Source: Patescibacteria group bacterium
GTDB taxonomy: Bacteria > Patescibacteriota > Patescibacteriia > 2-01-FULL-39-33
NCBI GenBank assembly: GCA_041649575.1
Contig: JBAZMW010000003.1
Span: 58,102 to 122,101, forward strand
DNA: 64,000 bases
Reading direction: 5' to 3'
How positions within the stretch are numbered: the first letter of the stretch is position 1; each line of letters opens with the position of its first letter. Under the pieces are notes generated by a model, which worked only from the letters and a program-made list of their open reading frames with translations, did not search any database and was not told the origin of the DNA. Positions 45,201 to 55,290 of the stretch are shown one piece after another. The position numbers and the translations under genes were made by a program.

Positions 45201-45944
45201 TTATTCTGTTTTGATTGTCTCTTCTTCGGTGGTTTTATTGTTTTCGACCGCCGGTTCTTTGATTTCTTCAATAGGCGCGGATTCTTTTGGGACAACTTCT
45301 TGTGGGATAACTTCTTGATCCAATTCTATTTTCCCAGGCCCGCTGATCAAAAGCAGGCTATTTCTGGTTCCCGGTACCGCCCCTTTTATATATAAAATAT
45401 TTTTTGATTCGTCGGTTTCTATAATCTCCAAACCCTTGACCGTCACTTGGTTTCCCCCCAGCCGCCCAGGCATACGCATATCCTTGAAAACCCGCTGTAC
45501 GCCGCCGGCGCCAATGGAACCAGGCATCCTCAACTGATCCTTGTGGCCGTGAGTGGCCGGACTGCCATGAAAACCATGACGTTTGACTACCCCCTGAAAA
45601 CCGCGTCCCTTGGAAACACCTGAGACCTGGACTTTATCGCCAGCTTTAAAAAGATTTACTGTTAGTCTATCGCCACGTTTCAATTCTCCAACTTCATCGC
45701 CAGTCATTGCAAACTCCCTAATGGTCTTGACCGATTCAATACCTTTTAAGTGGCCGGCTTGCGGTTTCTTGGGCTTTTTGCTAGCGCCAAAACCAACCTG
45801 AACAGCGCTATAACCGTCTTTAGAGAGCATCTTTATCTGAGTAATAATATTGGGTTGAGCCAACACCGCAGTAACCGGAACGACATTGCCGTCGGCCCGG
45901 AAAACCTGGGTCATCTCTAATTTTTTGCCTAAGATAAATTTCAT
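45201..45944 (-). CDS. rplC: 50S ribosomal protein L3
   Basis: L3 motifs, operon context. Confidence 0.9.
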   Translation of the reverse strand: MKFILGKKLEMTQVFRADGNVVPVTAVLAQPNIITQIKMLSKDGYSAVQVGFGASKKPKKPQAGHLKGIESVKTIREFAMTGDEVGELKRGDRLTVNLFKAGDKVQVSGVSKGRGFQGVVKRHGFHGSPATHGHKDQLRMPGSIGAGGVQRVFKDMRMPGRLGGNQVTVKGLEIIETDESKNILYIKGAVPGTRNSLLLISGPGKIELDQEVIPQEVVPKESAPIEEIKEPAVENNKTTEEETIKTE

Positions 45945-46212
45945 TTTCTAAAAAATAAAAATCTGGTTATATCTTAAAAACCAGACCTAGAAATTTAACG
46001 CCACTCGACGTTAAGTAGAAATCTAATTTTTTAAGATATTTGGTCGCTGTTGTTCCTTTATTAATCTACGCCACTGATGGAGGTTTTCCCCAGAAGATCA
46101 TCAGAAACATCTTAGGATCTTTCTCCATTTTTAGTATAGATTTTTAGCTGAAAAAATTTCCAGCCCAGTTTTTGTTCCGAATTTGATTCAGAACAAAAAC
46201 TGGAATAGAAAA
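45945..46212 (-). promoter_or_regulatory. structured 268-nt spacer between rpsJ and rplC containing a perfect 13-bp hairpin + U-tract (46165-46203) and further hairpins
   Basis: ccagtttttgttc / gaacaaaaactgg stem with 13-nt loop, 9 nt after the rpsJ stop, followed on the minus strand by UUUUUU. Confidence 0.4.
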
Positions 46213-46557
46213 CTACATTTTTATCTCAATGTTCACTCCGGCCGGCAAACTCAAACTCATTAAAGCGTCTACTGTTTTGCTATCAGGATCAACAATATCT
46301 AAGAGGCGTTTGTGAATCCTCATTTCAAACTGCTCCCGGCTATCCTTATGGACAAAGGTCGAACGATTAACTGTGTATTTTTTATTCTCCGTCGGCAAAG
46401 GAATTGGCCCAACCACCTGAGCGCCACTGCGCTGGCAGGTCTCCATAATTTTTTTAACAGAACTGTCGATGATCTTGTGGTCGTAAGCCTTGATCTTTAT
46501 CCTAATCCTCTGATGAGCCTTGTCATTCTCTTGAGTTGCAGTATTTTTAGTTACCAT
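46213..46557 (-). CDS. rpsJ: 30S ribosomal protein S10
   Basis: S10 signature ([18 protein letters not shown]). Confidence 0.9.
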   Translation of the reverse strand: MVTKNTATQENDKAHQRIRIKIKAYDHKIIDSSVKKIMETCQRSGAQVVGPIPLPTENKKYTVNRSTFVHKDSREQFEMRIHKRLLDIVDPDSKTVDALMSLSLPAGVNIEIKM

Positions 46558-46638
46558 TTTTAATTAACAATTATTCTAAATTCGACCGCTTAGTAGAGGC
46601 AAGCCCGCCAGGGATTGCCTCTACCGGTCTTTATTGAT

Positions 46639-47829
46639 TTATTTGATAATTTTAGTCACCACGCCAGCGCCGACCGTATGACCGCCTTCACGAATAGAGA
46701 ATTTCATCTTTTCTTCCATGGCCACCGATTTGCCTAACTTAATTTTTAAATTATTAACTGTATCGCCTGGCATCACCATCTCGGTGCCTTCCGGTAACTC
46801 GATTTCGCCAGTAACATCGGTTGTCCGAATATAGAATTGCGGTTTGTAGCCTTTGAAGAAAGGCTTGTGCCGGCCACCCTCTTCTTTGCTTAAAATATAA
46901 ACCTCGGCTTCGAATTCGGTGTGCGGAGTGATTGATCCTGGTTTGCCTAAGACCTGACCCCTCTCTACCTGATCTTTTCTAGTACCGCGCAAGAGTATGC
47001 CGGCGTTATCACCAGCCATTCCTTCGTTTAGAGATTTATTAAACATTTCTATTCCAGTCACGACTGTTTTTTGAGTATCGGTTAAGCCGACGATCTCCAC
47101 TTCTTCATTTAATTTGATTATACCCCGCTCGATTCTGCCGGTCACTACCGTACCACGGCCTTCAATGGAAAAAACATCTTCTATAGGCATTAAAAAGTCT
47201 CTGTCGGTTGAACGCTGGGGTTGCGGTATATAAGTGTCCAAAGCCTCCATTAACTTCATAATTGGTTCGGCATCAGGACCGTTGGGATTTTCGAGGGCCT
47301 TTAAAGCGGAGCCGCGAATTATCGGAATTTCATCTCCGGGAAATTCATATTTTTTGAGCAAATCTCTAACCTCTTCTTCGACTAAATCAACCAGTGAGGG
47401 ATCGTCAACCTGATCAACTTTGTTGATAAAAACAATGATATATGGCACCCCGACTTGCCTGGCCAAAAGAATGTGTTCTCTGGTTTGAGGCATCGGACCG
47501 TCGGTGGCGGCAACAACCAGGATCGCGCCATCCATTTGGGCGGCGCCAGTAATCATGTTCTTTATGTAGTCGGCATGACCCGGACAGTCAACGTGAGCAT
47601 AATGACGTTTTTCTGTTTCATACTCAACATGAGCGGTAGCAATAGTAATACCGCGCGCTTTTTCTTCGGGAGCAGCGTCGATCTGGTCGACACTTTTATT
47701 TTGGGCCCTTAAGCCCTTGGCGGTTAAAACCTGCAAAATAGCCGCTGTTAAAGTGGTTTTGCCATGATCAACGTGGCCAATAGTACCGACGTTTACATGT
47801 GGTTTGCTTCTGTCAAATTGTTCTGCCAT
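46639..47829 (-). CDS. tuf: elongation factor Tu
   Basis: [23 protein letters not shown]-motifs. Confidence 0.95.
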   Translation of the reverse strand: MAEQFDRSKPHVNVGTIGHVDHGKTTLTAAILQVLTAKGLRAQNKSVDQIDAAPEEKARGITIATAHVEYETEKRHYAHVDCPGHADYIKNMITGAAQMDGAILVVAATDGPMPQTREHILLARQVGVPYIIVFINKVDQVDDPSLVDLVEEEVRDLLKKYEFPGDEIPIIRGSALKALENPNGPDAEPIMKLMEALDTYIPQPQRSTDRDFLMPIEDVFSIEGRGTVVTGRIERGIIKLNEEVEIVGLTDTQKTVVTGIEMFNKSLNEGMAGDNAGILLRGTRKDQVERGQVLGKPGSITPHTEFEAEVYILSKEEGGRHKPFFKGYKPQFYIRTTDVTGEIELPEGTEMVMPGDTVNNLKIKLGKSVAMEEKMKFSIREGGHTVGAGVVTKIIK

Positions 47830-47961
47830 TGTTGTTATCCTTGTTATTGAGACCCTCCGCCCTTGGGAGTTTTAGCCAGGCCTCGCTCTTAATTTATTTA
47901 TTAAAATGTTTAGTTATTATAACACAATATATAAATTTTGCAAGTCTTTATTTATCTACAA

Positions 47962-48363
47962 CTATTCCACTGGTTCAAAATAATAATGATCTTCTTCCTG
48001 CTTTTTATTTAAACTCTGTAATTCTGACATACGATCATAGACATCAGCTAGAGAAAAGTTCTGATCATTAATAACAACCCCTAAATCGTAATAATCCCTC
48101 AATTTTTCCGAGAAATCTTGTTCTTCAATCGGCAAATGATTGTTATTGGTTTCTTGGCTGTCTTTCCAGAGAGCAATTTCTCGGTTTATCTTATCTAAAA
48201 GTTCGTCCTCTGTCAAGCCAACCACCTCTGATTTACCTAAAATTAGCCGTTCATAATCAAAAATAGTCATTAAAACGTAAGCCGGATCACCATTTTGGTC
48301 TAAAATTATAGCTTTATCCCCAGTTTTTTTTATTAAATTAACGATTTTTTTAAGACCTTCCAT
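47962..48363 (-). CDS. hypothetical protein with Phd/YefM-antitoxin-like N-terminal domain and acidic C-terminal half
   Basis: DKAIILDQNGDPAYVLMTIFDYERLIL resembles the Phd/YefM beta-strand/helix motif; no toxin gene adjacent. Confidence 0.4.
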   Translation of the reverse strand: MEGLKKIVNLIKKTGDKAIILDQNGDPAYVLMTIFDYERLILGKSEVVGLTEDELLDKINREIALWKDSQETNNNHLPIEEQDFSEKLRDYYDLGVVINDQNFSLADVYDRMSELQSLNKKQEEDHYYFEPVE

Positions 48364-48422
48364 TGTTATAAATTATTAAATATTAATAATTTTTTATCTA
48401 AATTTAGATAAATTTTATAAAC

Positions 48423-50549
48423 TTACCTCTTTTTTTCGCCTGAACGGCCTTCTTTTATCTTTTCTTCGACATTTTTGGGAACCTCGGCATATTTCAAAAA
48501 TTCCATAGTGTAAGACGCTCGGCCTTGGGTAATAGAACGAAGCTGGGTGGCATAGCCAAACATTTCGGCTAGTGGCACTTCGGCACCGATTACTTTGACA
48601 GAGGAAGCTCCCTCTCCGCGATCTTCCATCGAGCCGATAATGGCTCGGCGGGAATTCAAATCGCCAATAGCGTCACCCATGAATTGTTCCGGAGTGACGA
48701 CTTCCACTTTCATAATTGGTTCTAGAATTATCGGGCTAGCCTTTTTGACGCCTTCTTGCAAAGCCAGAGAGCCGGCGATTTTAAAAGCCGCCTCCGAGGA
48801 ATCAACCTCATGAAAAGAACCATCATAAACCGAGGCCTTGATACCAATTAAATGATAACCGGCGATAACCCCCCTGTCCATGGCTTCGCGTACACCTTTT
48901 TCTATCGGTTTGATATATTCTTTGGGAATAATGCCTCCCTTAATTTCATCGACAAATTCAAAAATCTGGCCATCGGTTAAGGGCTCTATTTTTAACCAAC
49001 AGTGACCATATTGGCCACGACCGCCCGATTGGCGGATGTATTTACCTTCGGCTTCAGCCTTGCCTTTGATGGTTTCTTTATAAGCCACCTGTGGCGCGCC
49101 AATATTGGCCTCCACTTTAAACTCACGTTTCATGCGATCAATAATAATATCCAAATGCAACTCACCCATACCGGAAATAATCGTCTGCATCGTTTCTTCA
49201 TCAGTATGCACTCGAAAAGTGGGATCTTCCTCGGCCAGCTTAGCCAAAGCAACACCCATCTTTTCCTGGTCGGCCTTGGTTTTTGGTTCGACGGCAATAT
49301 CAATAACCGGGTCAGGGAAAGTAATTTTTTCGAGCAGAACATCATAACCGGCTTCGGAAAGAGTGTCGCCGGTGGTAGTTCCTTTGAGACCGACAATGGC
49401 GGCAATTTCACCGGAATAAACCTCGGTGATTTCTTCTCTAGAATTAGCGTGCATGCGTAAAATACGTCCAACTCTCTCTTTGTCGCCGCTGGAATTGTTT
49501 TGGATATAAGAACCGGATTTGAGAACGCCACTATAAACCCGGAAGAAAATCAGTTTGCCGACAAAAGGATCGGTAGCTACCTTGAAAGCCAGGCCAATCA
49601 AAGGAGCATCGTCTTTAACATCAACTTTGATCTCTTTGGTTTCATCTTGAGAGTGATGACCAATTGGCGCGGCCACCTCCAGTGGCGACGGCAAAAACTC
49701 ATCAACGGCATTAAGTAAGAACTGCACACCTTTATTTTTCAAAGCCGAACCGCAAAGAATAGGGACGATTTTATTGCTAACGGTGGCTTTTCTCAATCCT
49801 CTTTTTAGTTCTTCGATTGATAGTTCCTGGCCGGCAAGATATTTCTCCATTAAAATTTCATCGTTTTCAGCGATCGCTTCCACTAATTTAGAGCGATATT
49901 CTTTGGCACGTTCTAGTTCGTCGGCAGGGACATCAACAATTTCCCATTTGGTGCCCAAATCGTCCAAATAAATTTCCGCCTTCATCTCAAATAAATCAAT
50001 AATGCCCTTGAAGGTTTCGGCGGCACCAATCGGCAACTGAATGGGATGGGCGTGAGAGGTTAGGCGATTGTGAATAGTTTTTAAATCATGGTAGAAGTCG
50101 GCGCCCATTCGGTCCATTTTATTGACAAAACCGATTTTTGGCACATGATATTTCTCGCTTTGACGCCAAACGGTTTCTGATTGGGGTTCGACTCCGGCAA
50201 CACCATCGAAAACAATTACTCCGCCATCTAAAACGCGCAGGGAACGCTCTACTTCGGCAGTAAAATCAACGTGGCCAGGAGTGTCGATGATATTAATTTG
50301 AATTTCACCACCGCCAAGCCATTCGGCATTAGGCCAGAAGCAAGTGGTGGCGGCGCTGGTTATGGTTATGCCCCGCTCTCTTTCTTGTTCCATCCAATCC
50401 ATGGTGGCTTCGCCATCATGCACTTCGCCAATCTTGTGTTTCTTTCCGGTGTAAAACAAAATGCGCTCGGAGACCGTGGTCTTGCCGGCGTCGATATGAG
50501 CAATGATTCCTATATTTCTGACCTTTTCCAGTGGTTGTTGTCGTGGCAT
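48423..50549 (-). CDS. fusA: elongation factor G
   Basis: [23 protein letters not shown]-motifs; 708 aa. Confidence 0.95.
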   Translation of the reverse strand: MPRQQPLEKVRNIGIIAHIDAGKTTVSERILFYTGKKHKIGEVHDGEATMDWMEQERERGITITSAATTCFWPNAEWLGGGEIQINIIDTPGHVDFTAEVERSLRVLDGGVIVFDGVAGVEPQSETVWRQSEKYHVPKIGFVNKMDRMGADFYHDLKTIHNRLTSHAHPIQLPIGAAETFKGIIDLFEMKAEIYLDDLGTKWEIVDVPADELERAKEYRSKLVEAIAENDEILMEKYLAGQELSIEELKRGLRKATVSNKIVPILCGSALKNKGVQFLLNAVDEFLPSPLEVAAPIGHHSQDETKEIKVDVKDDAPLIGLAFKVATDPFVGKLIFFRVYSGVLKSGSYIQNNSSGDKERVGRILRMHANSREEITEVYSGEIAAIVGLKGTTTGDTLSEAGYDVLLEKITFPDPVIDIAVEPKTKADQEKMGVALAKLAEEDPTFRVHTDEETMQTIISGMGELHLDIIIDRMKREFKVEANIGAPQVAYKETIKGKAEAEGKYIRQSGGRGQYGHCWLKIEPLTDGQIFEFVDEIKGGIIPKEYIKPIEKGVREAMDRGVIAGYHLIGIKASVYDGSFHEVDSSEAAFKIAGSLALQEGVKKASPIILEPIMKVEVVTPEQFMGDAIGDLNSRRAIIGSMEDRGEGASSVKVIGAEVPLAEMFGYATQLRSITQGRASYTMEFLKYAEVPKNVEEKIKEGRSGEKKR

Positions 50550-50586
50550 AATTATTGACTGTCCTTAAATGTTAAGTTGTTTATAA

Positions 50587-51054
50587 TTAATAACTAAAAT
50601 GGGCAAAAGCGCGGTTGGCTTCGGCCATACGATAAGTGTCCTGTTTTTTCTTAATGGCGGCACCCTCATTATTGGCGGCAACCATAATCTCATCGGCCAA
50701 TTTTTCGGCCATCTTTTTACCTCGACGATCATGAGCCGCCTTAATCAACCAGCGACAACCCAAAGTAAAGCTGCGTTCTGGACGGACTGCCACCGGCACC
50801 TGATAATTGGCGCCACCAACACGACGGCCACGAATTTCTACCGTTGGCGAGATATTTTTGATAGCGATACCAAATAAGTCTAGCGGATCTTGTTTGGTTT
50901 TTTCGGAAATAATTGACAGGGCGTCATAAACCACCTTTTCCGCCGTTGATCTTTTGCCACCGTGCATAATATAATTGATGAATTTAGCCAGATCTTCACG
51001 ATTAAATTTGGCGTCAGGTTTGATTTTTCTCTTAGTTGCCGATTTTCCACGCAT
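50587..51054 (-). CDS. rpsG: 30S ribosomal protein S7
   Basis: S7 signature, str-operon context. Confidence 0.9.
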   Translation of the reverse strand: MRGKSATKRKIKPDAKFNREDLAKFINYIMHGGKRSTAEKVVYDALSIISEKTKQDPLDLFGIAIKNISPTVEIRGRRVGGANYQVPVAVRPERSFTLGCRWLIKAAHDRRGKKMAEKLADEIMVAANNEGAAIKKKQDTYRMAEANRAFAHFSY

Positions 51055-51083
51055 ATTGGTTAAATAGACAGTAATTAATTTAA

Positions 51084-51512
51084 TTATTTGGAGGCCTGCT
51101 TCTCTTTTTTAGCTCCATAAAGACTACGCCCCCGTTTGCGGCCAGAAACCCCAGCGCTATCATAAACGCCACGCACCAAATGGTAACGGACGCCAGGCAG
51201 GTCCTTGACCCTGCCGCCACGCACTAAAACAATAGAATGCTCTTGTAAATTATGGCCAACTCCTGGGATGTAAGCGGTGACTTCCTGACCATTAGACAAG
51301 CGAACTCTGGCGATCTTACGCAAAGCAGAGTTTGGCTTCTTGGGTGTAGTCGTCCTGACCTGCAAACAAACCCCACGCTTAAAAGAATTGCCTTTGGGCA
51401 TAGAATGCCGCCGGCGATGCAGGCTGTCTAAAGTCAGCTGTAAATCCGGGGTTTTAGACTTTGTCTTTTTTGATTTACGGCCTTTTCTTAGTAATTGACT
51501 AACGGTAGGCAT
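51084..51512 (-). CDS. rpsL: 30S ribosomal protein S12
   Basis: [14 protein letters not shown]-terminus (start at the internal ATG; the track ORF is extended) and [10 protein letters not shown] motif. Confidence 0.9.
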   Translation of the reverse strand: MPTVSQLLRKGRKSKKTKSKTPDLQLTLDSLHRRRHSMPKGNSFKRGVCLQVRTTTPKKPNSALRKIARVRLSNGQEVTAYIPGVGHNLQEHSIVLVRGGRVKDLPGVRYHLVRGVYDSAGVSGRKRGRSLYGAKKEKQASK

Positions 51513-51701
51513 AATTGTGGTTATAAAAAATCCCGTTTTGGGATTCCCTGAATCGAATTTTGTTTTTACCCAGTCAAATCCTGCTTTGATTAGGATCGCT
51601 GACGGGCGAATCAAGGAAACTTTAGTTTATTAACAGACAATAGATATATTAAACAATTAGGCTGAAAAAGTCAAGGATTTGCCCAGCGAACCCAACTGGC
51701 T

Positions 51702-52343
51702 CTACAAATTCAGCAGTCTTTGCAAAAGCTGAAGAATAAAATCAAAAATAATATTAAGAACGCCCCGATTGAAAAAGCTATCAATGATAATTAACACTAA
51801 TAAAACCCAGGGACCATTGAAAGAAAGCCAATTTTTGAAATTATTGTATTTATCTGGCAATAGACTGAATAAAACCCGAGAGCCATCAAGCGGCGGAATC
51901 GGTATTAAATTAAAAACCATTAAAACCACATTAACCACAAATAAGGAATACAAAAAATAGACCAATAAATTCTGTACGCCCAAATAGGGCGAAATTAATT
52001 TCAATAAAATTGCCGAGATAATAAGCAGAATTAAATTGGCAATGGGCCCGGCTGCCGAAACTAAGCCAGAGGAAATTTTGGGATTTCTTAGATTATAGGG
52101 ATTGACCGGCACCGGTTTGGCCCAGCCAAAAGCCGGCAAACCCATAAAGACTAGAGCTAGAGGCAAAAGAACCGTACCAAACCAATCAATATGAGCCAGC
52201 GGGTTTAGAGTCAACCGGCCCATGGCTTCGGCAGTGTTATCACCAAAATATTTAGCTGAAGCGGCATGAGCAAATTCATGAATGGTCAAAGAGACAATCA
52301 CCCCAACAAAAGAGAGAATGAGAATTAAGATATTATTATCCAT
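51702..52343 (-). CDS. peptidase M50-family (site-2-protease-like) membrane metalloprotease
   Basis: HEFAHA HExxH motif inside a TM helix, multiple TM segments; start at the internal ATG (MDNNILIL ...). Confidence 0.6.
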   Translation of the reverse strand: MDNNILILILSFVGVIVSLTIHEFAHAASAKYFGDNTAEAMGRLTLNPLAHIDWFGTVLLPLALVFMGLPAFGWAKPVPVNPYNLRNPKISSGLVSAAGPIANLILLIISAILLKLISPYLGVQNLLVYFLYSLFVVNVVLMVFNLIPIPPLDGSRVLFSLLPDKYNNFKNWLSFNGPWVLLVLIIIDSFFNRGVLNIIFDFILQLLQRLLNL

Positions 52344-52606
52344 ATAAATTTCGTTTATTTCGGAGTCAGATAAATAATAACATGGCCGTAATATTTTTAC
52401 AATTTCCAATAAATCCGCTTGGCTATTGAAAAAAATATAGAAATATGTTAATTTTAATGAACCCAGGCGTTGCAAAACAAGAGGCTGGTCGGGCGCGTTC
52501 TATAATCTTAAACAAATCAAATACCGCTTTCACCGACTAAAGCCAGAAGTAGACAAAACGTTTTTAGAAGACGTTTCTAAATAAAATCTAATAAATAACA
52601 AAATTC

Positions 52607-52798
52607 ATGGCAAAAACTTGCGCTATTTGCGGCCGAGGTACGACTACGGCTTTTAATGTCAGCCACTCCAAAGTCAAAACCAAAAGAACGCAAAAAATAA
52701 ATTTACAAAACAAAACAGTTGACGGAAAAAAAATCAGAATTTGCACCAGTTGCATTAAAACACAGAATAAGAACAAGAAACAAAAAACGGCGAAATAA
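52607..52798 (+). CDS. rpmB: 50S ribosomal protein L28
   Basis: MAKTCAICGRGTTTAFNVSHSKVKTKRTQKINLQ matches the L28 N-terminal consensus. Confidence 0.8.
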   Translation: MAKTCAICGRGTTTAFNVSHSKVKTKRTQKINLQNKTVDGKKIRICTSCIKTQNKNKKQKTAK

Positions 52799-52850
52799 AC
52801 GCCGCTTTTTTGTAGAAAAATTAATTTTGGAAGCTGGTATTAAAAAATAA

Positions 52851-53924
52851 TTAAAGTCCCAGTACCTCTACTAACCTCTTTATCATTGCTACCACTACCG
52901 GCGGAGCCAACAGGCTGTAGGAATCGACACTATTGTCGTCTTTAACAATCCAGGGCTTCTCTTTAACTTGAGGTTGGCCGCTTTCATCTAATTCATAATA
53001 ATACTCGGGGGTGATTTCATAATCATCAACATATTCAGCGGCCTGATCGACAGGAATGGCATTTCTCAATAAAACTTTTGGTAAGCCGTGTAATTCTAAA
53101 ATTTTATTAATTAACTTGTCATCCAATTCCAATCGGTCACGAATCGCCTCCACGCCCAAATCATCCCCCTCTTTAGGCACCATTCTCGACCGACCACAGG
53201 CAGAGTTGTCACAAATTAAATAAAATTGTTTTTGTTCCTGGTCGTAGCCAACTTCTTTGGTTGCCAAAGTCTTCAAACTGCGAGGTGTTTTACAAACCGG
53301 GCAAACTACTCTTGATTTCATGCGCTGATCAATGACTGTCTCCGGAATACTAATAGCCACAAAGACATCGGGGTCCTGACGGTAATTAATCAAGTCTCTA
53401 AAAAACAGGGAGTAAGAAATCTGGTCCAGGTCGCGAGGAAAGCCATCAATAAAAAGAGTTTTCTTGGGCAATTTATCAATCTCTCTTTTTAAGAGCGTCA
53501 AAATAAACTCTGTTGGTAGCAGTGTTTTGGTGTTACGGCCCAACAGCGCGTCCAAGGCTTCTTCAACTGAAATATAGCCTCGATAATTATTTTTTAAGAA
53601 ATCTATTAACTCCTGTTTTTTGTCTTTGTCTTCCATGTCCGCATGCACCGCTCGCACCACGTCGCCAACGGAAATGTGGCTAATTTTGTCGGCGCCAAAA
53701 ATTTCTACCATTAACTTGGTATAAGTGCCTTTACCGGAATTTTTTTTGCCCAGGAGATAGGCAATAAAAGTATTTTCGGAAAAAAAACTTTTTAACTTTT
53801 TTACCTCTTCGCCGGCCTTGGCCATAAAGTATTCCAGCCTGATTTGTGGGTCTGCTAAATCAAATTTTTTGTCTAAGCCGGAAATCTTGATCTTGGTTAG
53901 AGGAAATTCAAACTTTTGCTCCAT
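52851..53924 (-). CDS. nucleoside-monophosphate-kinase-family protein (adenylate-kinase-like paralog with zinc LID), function unknown
   Basis: P-loop GKKNSGKGT, NMP-kinase motif LFIDGFPRDLDQ, LID-like CPVC ... CDNSAC; 357 aa, longer than Adk. Confidence 0.5.
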   Translation of the reverse strand: MEQKFEFPLTKIKISGLDKKFDLADPQIRLEYFMAKAGEEVKKLKSFFSENTFIAYLLGKKNSGKGTYTKLMVEIFGADKISHISVGDVVRAVHADMEDKDKKQELIDFLKNNYRGYISVEEALDALLGRNTKTLLPTEFILTLLKREIDKLPKKTLFIDGFPRDLDQISYSLFFRDLINYRQDPDVFVAISIPETVIDQRMKSRVVCPVCKTPRSLKTLATKEVGYDQEQKQFYLICDNSACGRSRMVPKEGDDLGVEAIRDRLELDDKLINKILELHGLPKVLLRNAIPVDQAAEYVDDYEITPEYYYELDESGQPQVKEKPWIVKDDNSVDSYSLLAPPVVVAMIKRLVEVLGL

Positions 53925-53946
53925 AACTTAAATTTTAATTTATTAA

Positions 53947-54324
53947 TTATAAAAGTAATTCTTTGATTTTTTGAATGACTTCTGCGGGAGTATGCTGGGA
54001 TTTAACAAAATAATCAGCCGCACCGGCTTGCATTCCTTTGTCTCTATCTGATTCCTGGCCCAAATTGGTCAGAAGCAGCACGGGTATATCTTTGGTGCTG
54101 TCATCGCTCTTAAGGCTATCCAGTATTGTAAAACCATCTGTTTCTGGTAAAATCACGTCCAAAAGGATAATGGCAAATTTATTTTCTTTAGCCAGCTCCA
54201 GAACTTCGCTCCCCTTTTCGGTCACCATAACCTCATAACCCTCCTCTTCTAAACGCAATTTATACATCTCGACAATCATTGGATCGTCTTCAACCAACAA
54301 AACTTTATTCTTTGTTTCTTCCAT
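53947..54324 (-). CDS. single-domain response regulator (CheY-like receiver)
   Basis: KVLLVEDDP ... phospho-acceptor Asp in ILLDVILPETDG ... conserved K near the C-terminus. Confidence 0.8.
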   Translation of the reverse strand: MEETKNKVLLVEDDPMIVEMYKLRLEEEGYEVMVTEKGSEVLELAKENKFAIILLDVILPETDGFTILDSLKSDDSTKDIPVLLLTNLGQESDRDKGMQAGAADYFVKSQHTPAEVIQKIKELLL

Positions 54325-54387
54325 AAAATTTAAATTATTTCTAAAGTAAGGTTATCTTACCAAAATAAAAGACTGGTGGCAACCCTA

Positions 54388-55290
54388 TCAAAAAGCGGTG
54401 ATTGTCTGGCCATCGCTGAAAAAACGAATATCGCCTAATTGATCGGTGCGAAGAATTCTTGTTCCGATCTTTTTTAAATTGTATAAAGCTCTGTAATGCG
54501 GATGGCCAAAGCTATTTTTGCCGACAGAAATGACCGCGGCGACAGGGCTAACCGCCCGCAAGAAATCTAAATCATTGGCATTATTAGAACCATGATGACC
54601 AATTTTCAAAATATCGCTTTTAAGCGGCACCCCCGATTGCAAAAGTAATTCTTCTTCTGCCTCGTAATCACCCATCAGTAAAACAGAGGTACTGGCATAA
54701 ACTAATTTGGCTACCAAAGAAGAGTTGTTTAAATTTTCCAGCCGCTTGGAAGATGGTTCTCGTCCAGGACTTAGGATTTTTAGTTCTAAACCAGGCTCTA
54801 AATTAATTATTTCCGGCTCGAAAGCCTGTTCCAGGGGAATATTTTTTTTATTAATTAAATCAGTAAACGTCAGTTGGGCTGGGTCGCTAGTAGTGACGGC
54901 GGTAATCAGGACTCGATTCACTTTATACCTTCTTAAAACCTCTACCAGACCAACCAGGTGATCTGCGTGAGGGTGGGTCAAAATCACTAATTCCAGCTGA
55001 CGGTCAAAGAAAGGCAGATATCGGCCCAGCTTTTCCAAAACTTTATTGTCGGGACCACCGTCAATAAGAACATCCTCACCGCCTGGCGTACGAATCAAAA
55101 TAGCATCTCCCTGACCAACGTTTAGAAAACTGATCACCAATTTTCCTTTTAAAGCTGGCGCTAGTAAACTATTAGGATAGCCCGTGAATTTGAAAACAAA
55201 AAAAACCAAGAGTAAAAACGCTGCCAACAAAATTAGAAAAATAATTTTTAAATTCTTTTTAAGATAGCTAATTGCGTTTTCAAATTTCAT
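54388..55290 (-). CDS. membrane-anchored metallo-beta-lactamase-fold protein (ComEC C-terminal-domain-like)
   Basis: N-terminal TM helix; MBL motifs (GQGDAILIRTP ... LTHPHADHLVGL ... GHHGS). Confidence 0.7.
   Translation of the reverse strand: MKFENAISYLKKNLKIIFLILLAAFLLLVFFVFKFTGYPNSLLAPALKGKLVISFLNVGQGDAILIRTPGGEDVLIDGGPDNKVLEKLGRYLPFFDRQLELVILTHPHADHLVGLVEVLRRYKVNRVLITAVTTSDPAQLTFTDLINKKNIPLEQAFEPEIINLEPGLELKILSPGREPSSKRLENLNNSSLVAKLVYASTSVLLMGDYEAEEELLLQSGVPLKSDILKIGHHGSNNANDLDFLRAVSPVAAVISVGKNSFGHPHYRALYNLKKIGTRILRTDQLGDIRFFSDGQTITAF

Noticed and set aside
51513-51614. N-terminal extensions of the track ORFs for rpsL (to 51614), rpsS (to 43220), the M50 protease (to 52475) and tpiA
   Set aside because: Conserved N-termini ([30 protein letters not shown] ...) begin at internal ATGs; the upstream parts are non-conserved read-through of intergenic sequence.
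52588-52776. 62-aa minus-strand ORF opposite rpmB
   Set aside because: It is antisense to a clear L28 gene; low-complexity hydrophobic translation.
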